Positions 1 through 9,205 of a stretch of DNA of 64,000 bases are shown one piece after another. Where the stretch lies: NCBI GenBank assembly GCA_963820525.1, contig CAWGAA010000001.1:2304001-2368000 (forward strand). The letters run 5' to 3'. The notes beneath the pieces are model-generated. The model made no database searches, was not told the origin of the DNA, and was given only the letters and a program-made list of their open reading frames with translations. Made by a program: the position numbers and the translations under genes. How positions within the stretch are numbered: position 1 is the stretch's first letter; each line of letters opens with the position of its first letter. This stretch comes from an uncultured Spirochaetota bacterium (GTDB lineage Bacteria; Spirochaetota; Spirochaetia; SZUA-6; Fen-1364).

Positions 1-2054
1 TCCGAGATGCTGGAAAACACCTCCCGCGCTTCGGCAAACCGGCCGTCGTAGAAGAGAGAGAGCCCCCGGCCGAACGCCTCGATCTCCCTTGCCCTTGCTG
101 AAAAGACCTCGGGAAACATCGGCTCGTACACCGTGACCGGCTCCTTTCTCCCCACGACGGCCACACGGGCTATCTCACGGGCGGGAAAAGCGCCGCCCGC
201 CTTGCCCATGGTCGCGGCGGAAGCCATCGTGTAGGACCGGAACTGCTTGTTGGTCCCTTCCAGCCGGGAGGCGAGGTTCACGGCGTCCCCCAGCATCGTG
301 TAGTTGAAGCGCGTGTGCGAGCCCATGTTTCCCACCACGGCCGGGCCCGAGTGCATTCCGATGCGCATGTAAAGGAACTTGCCCACACGCGAATGCAGGG
401 CGGGACGCATCTGCTCGAGCTTCGCCTGGCAGCGGAGCGCCGCGCGGATGGCGCGCCTGGCATGATCGTCCTGGGAGACCGGCGCGTTCCAGAAGGCGAT
501 GATGGCATCCCCCTCGTATTTATCGATGGTTCCGCCCTCCTCCTGGATGATGTCCGTCATGGCGGAAAGGTACTCGTTCAACAGCGTGGTGAGGTCCTCC
601 GGGCTCAGCACCTCGGAGATGCTCGTGAAGCCCTGGAGGTCCGAGAAGAAGATGGAAAGCTCCCTTTTCTCGCCTCCCAGCTTCAGCCGCTCGGGGTGTG
701 CAATGAGCTCCTCGATGACGTCGGAGCTCAAGTACTGCTTGAACGCGCCCTTGATGTAGCGTTTCTGGCGGCCTTCGGTTGCGTAGCTGGCGAGACTGGA
801 GCCCACGAGGGCGATAGCGACGCCCGTTTCCAGGGCCAGGATCTGAAGCCAGTAGCCCAGGGCGTACGCCGCCAGGCCGAGCGCAGGGGCGAGGGGGAGG
901 AAAGCCCCATAGATCAGGACGCTCCTTCCGGCGCCGGACACGCTCGAGGCCGATATCCCAGCCCCCGCGCAGAGCAGGACCAACAGGGCGATCATGGCCC
1001 ATGGCGGGACGGCGCTGATGAAATCGTTGGAGAGGAGGTTGTCCAGCATCGTGGCGTGTACCTCCACTCCGGGAGAGACCCCTCCCATGGGCGTCGGCTT
1101 GACGTCCAGGAGGGCGGGGGCCGTGTCTCCGAAGAAAACGTACTTGCCGGCGAGCCTGCTAGGATCGATGTTGGGCTCTTTCCCTTCTTGGAGCTGAAGC
1201 TCGCTCTGGATAACGGCGCCGGCCGGCAAGGCCAGGTGCGTCTTGGTGGGCCCCCGGTATCGGAGGATCGCGCGCCCCTCGGAATCGATGGGCACGGAGA
1301 GCCCGTCCACGGTGAGGAGCCCCGGCTTGATGCTTACGACATGCTCTCCCGGATTGCCTGCGAGGTAGGCGGCCAGGCCCTGGGAGGGCACAACCCTGCC
1401 GTCAAAGGTATTGAAGAGCGCCGCCCTGCGCAGCACCGTGTCAGGGTCCGGGCTCAAATTCGTATTGGCCAGCATCCGGGCCGCCTTCGCCACCTCGGGG
1501 ATGGGAAAGCTTGCAAAGGGAAAAGCCAGCGTGCGGGGCTTGACGGACCCGATCCATTCCTGGAGCCCGAAAACTTGAATCTGGCTCTGGGGAAGGTCAG
1601 GCGGCCAGCTTCGAGCCTCCGCGTTCGCCTTTCCCAGGAAAAACGAGTTTACCACCCTGCCGTTCGCAGAAATGGCGCGGCCCAGGCTTTCGTCGTCAGC
1701 CACGCCGATGGGCGATGCCTCGCTGAACAAGAGGTCGAATATCAGCGCTTTCGCGCCCGCCCTCCGGCAGAAATCTGCAATAACCGAAAATACCTCCCTC
1801 GGCCATGGCCAGGGAAGCCCATTCACGTTTTTTCCCCAGTCAAGACTTTCCTGGTCCCGAAAAATGAAGACGATTTTATCGCTCTCCCTGCCCGGGCGCG
1901 CGAAAAGCTGCTCGCGCCAGTCCCACGTTTTGGCCTCGAAGCCCCCGAATGCGCCGGTAAGCCAGATCAGGAGGCCAAGAGCGACGCCCACCCCGGCTAT
2001 GATGCAGCCCTGCGTCAGCCTGCGGAGGGACCGCGCGGTTCCAGCGGCGGCCAT
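1..2054 (-). CDS. CHASE2-domain class III adenylate/guanylate cyclase (3' end runs off the window)
   Basis: Absent from the ORF track because there is no stop in the window. Manual translation from ATG 2054 gives MAAAGTARSL..., an N-terminal TM segment, CHASE2 motifs WPWPR, ALIFDLLFSE and PGVEVHATMLDNLL, TM helices, then cyclase motifs IFFSDLQGFTSISE, IDKYEGDAIIAFW, RIGMHSG and NYTMLGDAVNLASRLEG. Confidence 0.93.
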   Translation of the reverse strand, partial: MAAAGTARSLRRLTQGCIIAGVGVALGLLIWLTGAFGGFEAKTWDWREQLFARPGRESDKIVFIFRDQESLDWGKNVNGLPWPWPREVFSVIADFCRRAGAKALIFDLLFSEASPIGVADDESLGRAISANGRVVNSFFLGKANAEARSWPPDLPQSQIQVFGLQEWIGSVKPRTLAFPFASFPIPEVAKAARMLANTNLSPDPDTVLRRAALFNTFDGRVVPSQGLAAYLAGNPGEHVVSIKPGLLTVDGLSVPIDSEGRAILRYRGPTKTHLALPAGAVIQSELQLQEGKEPNIDPSRLAGKYVFFGDTAPALLDVKPTPMGGVSPGVEVHATMLDNLLSNDFISAVPPWAMIALLVLLCAGAGISASSVSGAGRSVLIYGAFLPLAPALGLAAYALGYWLQILALETGVAIALVGSSLASYATEGRQKRYIKGAFKQYLSSDVIEELIAHPERLKLGGEKRELSIFFSDLQGFTSISEVLSPEDLTTLLNEYLSAMTDIIQEEGGTIDKYEGDAIIAFWNAPVSQDDHARRAIRAALRCQAKLEQMRPALHSRVGKFLYMRIGMHSGPAVVGNMGSHTRFNYTMLGDAVNLASRLEGTNKQFRSYTMASAATMGKAGGAFPAREIARVAVVGRKEPVTVYEPMFPEVFSARAREIEAFGRGLSLFYDGRFAEAREVFSSIS

Positions 2055-2062
2055 GCGGCGGC

Positions 2063-2968
2063 TCAGATGGCGCCGAGGGCCGCCTGGAAGCGGGCCTTGC
2101 GCGCGGCAGGGGCGGGGGCGGCGGGAGCCGCTTTGCCGATGGCGCCCTGCACGTCCTTGATGCGGTCTTCGGGGTCGGGGTGGGTCTTGGCAAAGTCGAC
2201 CCCTCCCGGCTTGAGCTTCTTTTCCATGACCTTGAGCATGCGCACGAGGGCCTGGGGATCGTAGCCGACCTTCTGGAGAATGACCACGGCCTGATGGTCG
2301 GCCTCGGACTCCTGGGCGCGCGAGTAGCCCGAATTGACCAGCGTTGAGGTGATATCCGTGATTGAACCCTCGAAGTCGGCGGTGAGCTGTGCCACCTCCT
2401 CGGGGCTCGCCATCTCCGCGGCAGTTATCGCCGTGCTGGTGAGCGCGGATGTGATGCGGGAGGTCTTGATCGCCTTCAGGGCGTGATCCTTGACCACGTG
2501 GCCGATCTCGTGCGCCAGGATGACCGCCGCCTCGTCCTCGTTCTCTGCGCAGCGCAGCAGGCCGCGCGTCACCAGAATCAGCCCGCCGGGAGCGGCGAAG
2601 GCGTTGATCTCATCGGAATCGAGGATCTGGAAGTGATATCCGCCGAAGGTTTCGGGACGGTCGCTGGCGAGCGCCAGGCTGGTGCCCAGGAGGTTGAGGT
2701 AGGCATTGGCCTTCGCGTCCCCGTAGGCGGTGTACTTGTTGAGAATGACGGCTGCCACCGCGCGGCCGATGTAGTATTCCTGCTCCGGGGTGATGTCCTC
2801 GAAGACCGCCTCTGCGCTCTTGTTGATTGAGGACGCCTGCCCCTCGCTGATACTGCCCGTCGCCACGCCCACCGTGGTGATCGCCTTGCTGATGTCTCCC
2901 AGGCTTTCGCAGCCGGAAACAAAGAACGCCAGGAAAACGAGCAGAAAGAGCGCGCATATCGTTTTCAC
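2063..2968 (-). CDS. M48-family zinc metallopeptidase, lipoprotein
   Basis: GTG start overlaps the upstream stop (GTGA). Lipobox FVSGC. Motifs INAFAAPGG, HEIGH, YSRAQESEAD, THP. Confidence 0.92.
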   Translation of the reverse strand: MKTICALFLLVFLAFFVSGCESLGDISKAITTVGVATGSISEGQASSINKSAEAVFEDITPEQEYYIGRAVAAVILNKYTAYGDAKANAYLNLLGTSLALASDRPETFGGYHFQILDSDEINAFAAPGGLILVTRGLLRCAENEDEAAVILAHEIGHVVKDHALKAIKTSRITSALTSTAITAAEMASPEEVAQLTADFEGSITDITSTLVNSGYSRAQESEADHQAVVILQKVGYDPQALVRMLKVMEKKLKPGGVDFAKTHPDPEDRIKDVQGAIGKAAPAAPAPAARKARFQAALGAI

Positions 2969-3444
2969 CGATCGCCTCCCAGGTCCCCTGACAGCCCACC
3001 CTTGGACAGAAAGGCGGCGACCTGGTCGGGGGTGACTATGTAGGTGGTCGCCATGCGGTCCACCCACGTGTAGTCCAGCTTCTCGTCGCTCTTGTATTTG
3101 GCCTCCACCTCCTTGTTGAACCCCTTGCCGGCGAGGGCCATCTCTCCGCTCGACGCGATCTGGCTCACGTCCTCGGAGCCCGCCTTGAGCACGTACTTTT
3201 TTGTCGAAAGGGCGGAGAGGCTCACCCATCCCTGCTTGCCGGAAAAGCTCACCTTGGCCCACGCGCCCTGGGTGGACTGGACCTCGACCCGGTCCGTATA
3301 GGCGAGCTTGGCGAGGACTTTCCCCAGGAAGCTTGGCGTGGCCCTGATGAACGTCTCCTTGACCGAAACGCTCATCTCATCGCCAAAGGCGGCGGCCGTA
3401 CAGATGAGCAGAACGGCTGCCCACACAATCCGCAATCGCGACAT
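2965..3444 (-). CDS. Secreted bacterial SH3-domain protein
   Basis: Signal peptide MSRLRIVWAAVLLICTAAAFG. SH3b-like IRATPSFLGKVL...WAKV...QGWV. C-terminal ALAGKGF segment. Confidence 0.8.
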   Translation of the reverse strand: MSRLRIVWAAVLLICTAAAFGDEMSVSVKETFIRATPSFLGKVLAKLAYTDRVEVQSTQGAWAKVSFSGKQGWVSLSALSTKKYVLKAGSEDVSQIASSGEMALAGKGFNKEVEAKYKSDEKLDYTWVDRMATTYIVTPDQVAAFLSKGGLSGDLGGDR

Positions 3445-3554
3445 GGGGACCCTCCTCTCGCCGGGCGCGGCGATCCTTCCCGCCATGGTAGCGAGAATCC
3501 CGCCCGTTGTCATCATTCTCTTGATTTTTTCCCGTCTTTCTGTACACCAGAAGC

Positions 3555-4208
3555 GTGACGGCCAAAGAGAGGAAAGAGGCGCTCCTCGGCATCGGCCAGA
3601 GGCTCTTCGCGCTCCAGGGGTATCGCGATGTGAGCGTCCGGGACATCACGGAGGCGGCGGGCCTGGGGACGGCCAGCTTCTACACCTACTTCCCCAGCAA
3701 GGAATCCTTCTACGCCCAGATCATCGACCGGCTCGAGCAGAGAGAGATCAAGGAAATCGAGAGGCGGGTGGGCGGGTTCCAGTCCCCGCTCAACAAGCTG
3801 AAAGCCCTCTTCCGCTCCATCATGAGCGACATGCAGAGAAACGAGATCCTCCGCGGCGTCTACGCCCGGGAGAAGCGCTTCCTGTACCCCGGCCTGGCAG
3901 AGGGCACCCTGCGTGAAACCGGCCTTCCCGCCTACTTCGAGGGGCTGGTCGAGAAGATACTGGCGGAAGGCGCCAGGAAGGGGATCTTCCGCACGAGCGT
4001 GTTCAGGAATCCCAAGCAGATGCTGCTCGCCATCTTCAGATCGCTTCTCATGGACAGCCGGCCCGGCAGCGCCGAGGATCTCATCTCGGACGTGTCCCTG
4101 CTGGTGGAGCGCGGGATAAAGAGGTGGCTGCGCCTGCGCATGAGGGATGAGAGGCTGGACAGACGGGCCTCGCGGATCCCCGGAAGCCCTGAAAAACAAA
4201 CCGAATAA
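3555..4208 (+). CDS. TetR/AcrR-family transcriptional regulator
   Basis: N-terminal [32 protein letters not shown]. Confidence 0.93.
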   Translation: MTAKERKEALLGIGQRLFALQGYRDVSVRDITEAAGLGTASFYTYFPSKESFYAQIIDRLEQREIKEIERRVGGFQSPLNKLKALFRSIMSDMQRNEILRGVYAREKRFLYPGLAEGTLRETGLPAYFEGLVEKILAEGARKGIFRTSVFRNPKQMLLAIFRSLLMDSRPGSAEDLISDVSLLVERGIKRWLRLRMRDERLDRRASRIPGSPEKQTE

Positions 4209-4366
4209 TCCATTCGAATATTCGGCCCGCATTCCCCGCGCGCGGCCCCGGGGGCGGGATTCTCGCGAAAAACCCCGCGTTTTTCGATGATTTTTGGTAT
4301 TCCCGGCGCATTCTGTTGACATTGACATCGACGAATGACCAGATGGTTTTTGCGGGGAGGAAGAAT

Positions 4367-5158
4367 GTGATCGACGTTCTGGCCATCCGTGGTGGAAACG
4401 ACAAATCAGGCATGCCTGAGAACGTGCGGGAAGTGTGCATCCGCCGGGGAGAGATCGTCGGGGTGGTGGGGCCGACGGGAAGCGGAAAAAGCTCCCTGAT
4501 CGCGGATATCGAGCAGCTGGCCCAGGGCGACACACCGACGCGCAGGCACATCCTGATCAACGGCCGCGAGCCGCTGCGGGAGGAGCGCACAGACCCGAAG
4601 AGAAAAATAGTGGCCGAGCTCTCGCAGAACATGAACTTCCTTGCCAACATGTCGGTGGGCGATTTCCTGCGGCTCCACGCCAAGTGCAGGAGGGCTCACG
4701 GCGTGGAGGCCGCTCACGTCATCGAGCTTGCCAACGGGCTCACGGGAGAGCCGATCAGGGAGGACGAGGAGCTCACCATCCTGAGCGGCGGCCAATCCCG
4801 CGCGCTCATGGTGGCCGACGTGGCGCTCATCAGCGACTCCCCCATCGTATTGGTGGACGAGATCGAGAACGCAGGGATCAAGAAGCACGATGCCCTGAGG
4901 CTCCTCTCGGGCCACGGAAAGATCGTTCTCGTGGTGACCCACGACCCGGTGCTCGCCCTGATGGCCGAGCGGCGGATCATCATGAAAATGGGCGGCATGG
5001 CGAAGGTGGCCGAGACCTCCCGGGGAGAGAAGATCCTCGCCCAGAGGCTTCGGAGGATGGACGAATGGATGCTCACCCTGCGGGAGCTGGTCCGGCAGGG
5101 CGAGCCGCTTGAGGACGTGACCCATCTCGCGGGGGTGCAATCGGGGATCATGGCGTGA
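4367..5158 (+). CDS. Soluble ABC-type ATPase (no partner permease)
   Basis: GTG 4367 follows a GGGGAGG SD. Walker A GPTGSGKS, signature LSGGQ, Walker B VLVDE, VTHD. No TM partner nearby. Confidence 0.85.
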   Translation: MIDVLAIRGGNDKSGMPENVREVCIRRGEIVGVVGPTGSGKSSLIADIEQLAQGDTPTRRHILINGREPLREERTDPKRKIVAELSQNMNFLANMSVGDFLRLHAKCRRAHGVEAAHVIELANGLTGEPIREDEELTILSGGQSRALMVADVALISDSPIVLVDEIENAGIKKHDALRLLSGHGKIVLVVTHDPVLALMAERRIIMKMGGMAKVAETSRGEKILAQRLRRMDEWMLTLRELVRQGEPLEDVTHLAGVQSGIMA

Positions 5159-5856
5159 AGCTCATCATCGTTGCCGGGACGCCCGGCTCCGGCAAAACCT
5201 CCATCCTGGTGAACGCCGTGAGGCTCCTCAAGGCGGGCGGACGGTCGGTTTCCGTGGTGAAGATCGACTGCCTTGCCACCGACGACGACGAGCGCTACGC
5301 GCGGCTTTCCATCCCGACTCTCGTCGGGCTCGCCAAGGACGTCTGCCCGGATCACTACACCGTCTACAATATGGAGGAAATCCTCCAGTGGGCCAACGGC
5401 CTCTCGACGGAGTTCCTCCTCGTGGAGACGGCGGGGCTCTGCCACAGGTGCGCGCCCTACACTTCCGGATCCGCCGGGGTCTGCGTCATCGATGCCACCT
5501 CGGGACCAAACACCCCCTTGAAGGTCGGCCCCCTGTTGAGCACGGCCAACATCATCGTGATCACCAAGGGAGACGTCATCTCACAGGCGGAGAGGGAGAT
5601 CTTCCGGGAGCGCCTCTTGGAGATGAATCCCCGGGCAATGCTGATCGACGCCAATGGCTTAAGCGGTCAGGGCGCAGCCGAGCTCGTGGCGCTTGTCCGG
5701 GACTGGCCGGAGGTGAATCTGGAAGACGAGCGGCTGCGGCACACGGCTCCGCTTTCCGTATGCACCCTCTGCGCGGGAGAGACCCGGGTGGCGCGGGAGC
5801 ACCACCGGGGGATCCTGCGGCGCATCGACGGTTTCCAGTCCTACACGGGTGAGTGA
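5155..5856 (+). CDS. G3E-family (HypB/UreG/CobW-like) P-loop GTPase, putative metallochaperone
   Basis: [14 protein letters not shown] (compare UreG CPH), [11 protein letters not shown]4-like TKGD, C-terminal CTLC. Confidence 0.85.
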   Translation: MKLIIVAGTPGSGKTSILVNAVRLLKAGGRSVSVVKIDCLATDDDERYARLSIPTLVGLAKDVCPDHYTVYNMEEILQWANGLSTEFLLVETAGLCHRCAPYTSGSAGVCVIDATSGPNTPLKVGPLLSTANIIVITKGDVISQAEREIFRERLLEMNPRAMLIDANGLSGQGAAELVALVRDWPEVNLEDERLRHTAPLSVCTLCAGETRVAREHHRGILRRIDGFQSYTGE

Positions 5857-6523
5857 AGTGAAGAGTGACCCCGCCCGGCACCTCCCCGGCCACAACTGCG
5901 GCGCATGCGGCCACGCGCGCTGCGACTCTTTCGCCGCCGCGCTCGCGGAGGGCAGGGCGGGCGTCACGGACTGCCTCGTTCTCCAGCAGGAACGCTACAG
6001 CGGCCAAAGGAGGCTCCTGGAAGAGCTTTTCGGGGGCCGGGAACGGGAGCGGGTGGGACCACGGCCCGAAAAACCCGTGGGGCTGATAGACGGATACGAG
6101 GCGGATTTCGTTCTCGCTCCCCTTCGGGGGGAGGGATCGTGCCGGGAGATTCTCATGCAGGTGACTCCTTCGGCGGTGGGCGCCGGGGACGTGATTCGCT
6201 ACAGGCCCTTGGGATGCCCGGTCACCCATTTCGCGCGGATCATAGAAAAAAGAGACGGGCTTCTCGTGGTGCATGTTGTTGGCCCGCGGCACAGGCTCGG
6301 GGACGAGAGCTTCAACTTTGCGGAAATCGGCCTGTGCATGGTGATCGGTTTCGAAGGCGAGGTCCGGGGCACCCCGCCCGCGGTGGGCGAGACGGTGCGG
6401 TTCATGCCGGCCGAGTGCATGATGCAGAAGGTCCATTCCGGCGTCGTGGTGAGCTGTGAAGGAAAGAGAGTGCGACTCGAAGGGATAGACCTGAAGGTCT
6501 GGGCCCCCCCGGTGAAAAGATGA
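5849..6523 (+). CDS. Fe-S-binding protein (N-terminal LPGxNCGxCG 4Fe-4S domain) with Cys/His-rich C-terminal part
   Basis: [14 protein letters not shown]...DC is an RnfB/AcsC-type FeS domain. Additional Cys/His motifs SCRE, GCPVTH, GLC, CMMQKVH. Confidence 0.8.
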   Translation: MSEVKSDPARHLPGHNCGACGHARCDSFAAALAEGRAGVTDCLVLQQERYSGQRRLLEELFGGRERERVGPRPEKPVGLIDGYEADFVLAPLRGEGSCREILMQVTPSAVGAGDVIRYRPLGCPVTHFARIIEKRDGLLVVHVVGPRHRLGDESFNFAEIGLCMVIGFEGEVRGTPPAVGETVRFMPAECMMQKVHSGVVVSCEGKRVRLEGIDLKVWAPPVKR

Positions 6524-7809
6524 ATCGCCATTACCACCTCTCGTGCGTGGCTTGCGGAAAGGCGCACGAGGACTCGAAAGAGGGTTTCTTCCTGGACTGC
6601 ACGGAGGAGCATCCCCCTTCCCTGCTTCGGGCGGTCTACAACAGAAAGGATTTCAACGTCAGGGAAGACCTCAGCGGAATCTTCCGCTATCTCGACTGGC
6701 TTCCCGTTCGAAGGTCTCTGGAATGCGGCGGCCGCCCCGTGGTCTACAGGAGCGAGCGGCTCGCCGGGAAGGTGGGCCTCGAGAGGCTGTTCGTCGCTTT
6801 CAGCGGCTACTGGCCCGAGCGGGGCGCGGGGATGGAGACATGCAGCTTCAAGGAGCTTGAGGCCCTGGCCGTTCTTGCCCGAATCCCCCTTGAAAGCGAG
6901 AAAAGCCTCGTGGTTTCCTCGGCGGGCAACACAGCCCGCGCCTTTCTCCAGATAGCGTCCCTCAATCGCATCCCCATCCTGGTTGTCGTTCCCGAGTCCG
7001 CGCTCCCCGACATGTGGATGACCGTGGAGAGGCACCCCGTCATCAGGCTGGCCGTCGTGAAGGGCAATGCCGACTACCTGGACGCCATCGAGCTGGGCAA
7101 TGCGATCGCCACCCTCGACGGCTTCCACCCCGAGGGGGGAGCCCGGAACATCGCCCGGCGTGACGGCATGGGCACGGTGCTGCTCTCCGCGGTGGAAGAG
7201 CTGGGTGAGATTCCCGCGCATTATTTCCAGGCCGTGGGAAGCGGGACGGGGGCAATCGCGGCCTGGGAGATGGCGGTGAGGCTCACAGCGGACGGCAGAT
7301 TCGGCTCGCGCGGAATGAGGCTGCACCTGGTGCAGAACGAGCCTTTCGCCATCATGACCCGCGCCTGGCAGGCGGGAAGCAGGGAGCTCCCCCAAACGGA
7401 TCCCCTCGAGGCGAAGAAAAAGATCGCCCTGATGCATTCCCGCGTGCTCTCCAACCGGAAGCCTCCCTATGGAATCGCCGGCGGAGTGTTCGACGCTCTT
7501 TCGGACACCGGTGGGCTGATGTATTCGGTTTCCAATGAGGAGGCGCGGGAGGCGGGCGGCCTCTTCGAATCCCTGGAGGGCGTCGATCTCGACCCCGCGG
7601 CAGAGGTGGCCCTCGCCGGAATGATCCAGGCCGTAAAGGCGGGAAGCGTGAATCCGGAAGAGACGGTGCTGCTCAACGTCACCGGCGGGGGGAGCGCACG
7701 GCTGGCGGCGGAGGGCAGAGCGCGGAAGGTGGAGCCTGACTTCATTTTCACGCCGGAGGACGCGAAGAGGATTCGAAGCGTTGAAACCCTGTTGATCAAG
7801 GCGAGCTGA
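6520..7809 (+). CDS. Cysteate synthase (PLP, threonine-synthase-like, methanogen type)
   Basis: FSGYWPERGA..ETCSFKELEA (PLP Lys111), SSAGNT, EGGARNIARRDGMG, YFQAVGSGTG, VLSNRKPPY, LLNVTGGG match my recollection of the cysteate synthase family. Confidence 0.88.
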   Translation: MNRHYHLSCVACGKAHEDSKEGFFLDCTEEHPPSLLRAVYNRKDFNVREDLSGIFRYLDWLPVRRSLECGGRPVVYRSERLAGKVGLERLFVAFSGYWPERGAGMETCSFKELEALAVLARIPLESEKSLVVSSAGNTARAFLQIASLNRIPILVVVPESALPDMWMTVERHPVIRLAVVKGNADYLDAIELGNAIATLDGFHPEGGARNIARRDGMGTVLLSAVEELGEIPAHYFQAVGSGTGAIAAWEMAVRLTADGRFGSRGMRLHLVQNEPFAIMTRAWQAGSRELPQTDPLEAKKKIALMHSRVLSNRKPPYGIAGGVFDALSDTGGLMYSVSNEEAREAGGLFESLEGVDLDPAAEVALAGMIQAVKAGSVNPEETVLLNVTGGGSARLAAEGRARKVEPDFIFTPEDAKRIRSVETLLIKAS

Positions 7810-7823
7810 GGAGGTCCGGCTTC

Positions 7824-9068
7824 ATGGTTGATCTGTTCGACAAGTGCAGGGGAGAGGGGGGGTATTTCGGCGCCTTCCGAGTCAAGGATGACATGTACTA
7901 TTCCCGGCCCGTTCTGGAAGGAACCCCGGGGCCCCGGATGACCTTTCAGGGAAAAGAAGTGGTCGTGTGGGCCATCAACAACTACCTCGGGATGGCGGGA
8001 AACGCCGAGGTGAAAAAGGCCGCCGCCGCATCCCTGGAGCGGTGGGGCACCTACACCCCGATGGGCTCCCTGATGCTCACGGGCAACACCGAGGCCCACA
8101 TGCGGCTTGAGCGCCTGCTTTCCGAATTCGTCGGAAAGCAGGCCGCAAACCTCTTCAACTACGGCTACCTCGGGGTCATCGGAACCATCAGCGCCCTGGT
8201 GGGGCCCGAGGACGTGATCGTCATGGACCGCCTCAGCCACGCAAGTATCGTGGACGGGGTGGTCCTCGCCTCGGCCGGCAGGCGCTTCCGGCCCTTCAAG
8301 CACAATGACCTCGACAACCTCGAGTTCCATCTCAAGGGGGCAAACCGGGACAGGAAGGGCGGCATCCTCATCGTCACCGAAGGGGTGTACGGGATGAGGG
8401 GAGACCTGGCCGACCTCCCGGGCATCTGCGCCCTGAAGGAGAAGTACGGGGCGCGCCTGTTCGTTGACGACGCGCACGGCTTCGGCGTGGTAGGGGAGAA
8501 CGGGCGCGGGATCGGGGAGCACTTCGGCGTGCAGGAGAGGATCGACCTGTACTTCTCCACCTTCGCCAAGTCTTTTGCCGCAATCGGAGGCTTCACGGCC
8601 GGGGAAGAGGAGCCGATCCGCTACATCAAGTACAACGCCCGCACCAACGTGTTCGCCAAGAGCCTCCCCATGGTCTTCGTCGATGCGATAGCGACCTCAC
8701 TCGAGGTGATCAAGAGCAGGCCGGAGCTTCGTCGGCGCATGTGGCGGATCTCGGAAAGGCTTCAGAAGGGCCTCACGGACCTCGGCTACGACATCGGAGA
8801 CACCAGGACACCCATCACCCCCGTGTACGTGCCGGCAGGCGACGTTCAGACCGCCATGGCGATGATCCGGATGCTCCGGGAGGAATACGGGATCTTCGTT
8901 TCCGGGGTCATGTACCCCGTGGTCCCGCCCGGGGTGGTCATGTTCCGGATGATTCCCACCGCCTCCCACACGGAAGAGGACGTGGACAGGACCCTCTCCG
9001 GGTTCAAGAGCATGCGAGACCGGCTGAAGCTGGACTTGAGCCAGAAGCCCTCGCTGAAGAACAGGTAG
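7824..9068 (+). CDS. capB: Alpha-oxoamine synthase, cysteate C-acyltransferase (CapB/SulA) type
   Basis: NNYLG, SHASIVDG, VDDAHG, YFSTFAKS (PLP Lys249) and KYNARTNVFAKSLPM (Lys279, where SPT/BioF have FS[AT]), RMIPTASHT. Lies directly after the cysteate synthase. Confidence 0.8.
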   Translation: MVDLFDKCRGEGGYFGAFRVKDDMYYSRPVLEGTPGPRMTFQGKEVVVWAINNYLGMAGNAEVKKAAAASLERWGTYTPMGSLMLTGNTEAHMRLERLLSEFVGKQAANLFNYGYLGVIGTISALVGPEDVIVMDRLSHASIVDGVVLASAGRRFRPFKHNDLDNLEFHLKGANRDRKGGILIVTEGVYGMRGDLADLPGICALKEKYGARLFVDDAHGFGVVGENGRGIGEHFGVQERIDLYFSTFAKSFAAIGGFTAGEEEPIRYIKYNARTNVFAKSLPMVFVDAIATSLEVIKSRPELRRRMWRISERLQKGLTDLGYDIGDTRTPITPVYVPAGDVQTAMAMIRMLREEYGIFVSGVMYPVVPPGVVMFRMIPTASHTEEDVDRTLSGFKSMRDRLKLDLSQKPSLKNR

Positions 9069-9165
9069 ATCAGGGCTCACGTTGAAGGCGCGGGCCCGTG
9101 TGCCGCAGCGAGAAAAAACGGGCGCGCCAGCCATGGGGCGCCCGCTGCACGCCCGCTGCTCTTCC

Positions 9166-9194
9166 TTGACACGCGGCCGCGATTCAAGGACACT
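9166..9194 (+). promoter_or_regulatory. Putative sigma70 promoter of pst operon 1
   Basis: TTGACA-17 bp-GACACT. Confidence 0.5.
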
Positions 9195-9205
9195 TGCCGC
9201 TGATC

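Noticed and set aside
315..2264. 649-aa plus-strand ORF
   Set aside because: It is the antisense shadow of the CHASE2 cyclase, which carries all the recognisable motifs. Such shadows are typical of high-GC DNA.
5155..5856. ureG or hypB call
   Set aside because: No urease or hydrogenase genes are in the window, and the metal motif differs (CPDH).
6520..7809. Threonine synthase or coenzyme M pathway call
   Set aside because: The motifs fit cysteate synthase. No comDE or other CoM genes are adjacent, whereas a CapB-type enzyme is.
7824..9068. bioF / kbl / serine palmitoyltransferase call
   Set aside because: The FAKSLPM motif and the cysteate synthase neighbour favour cysteate acyltransferase. 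No bio genes are nearby.
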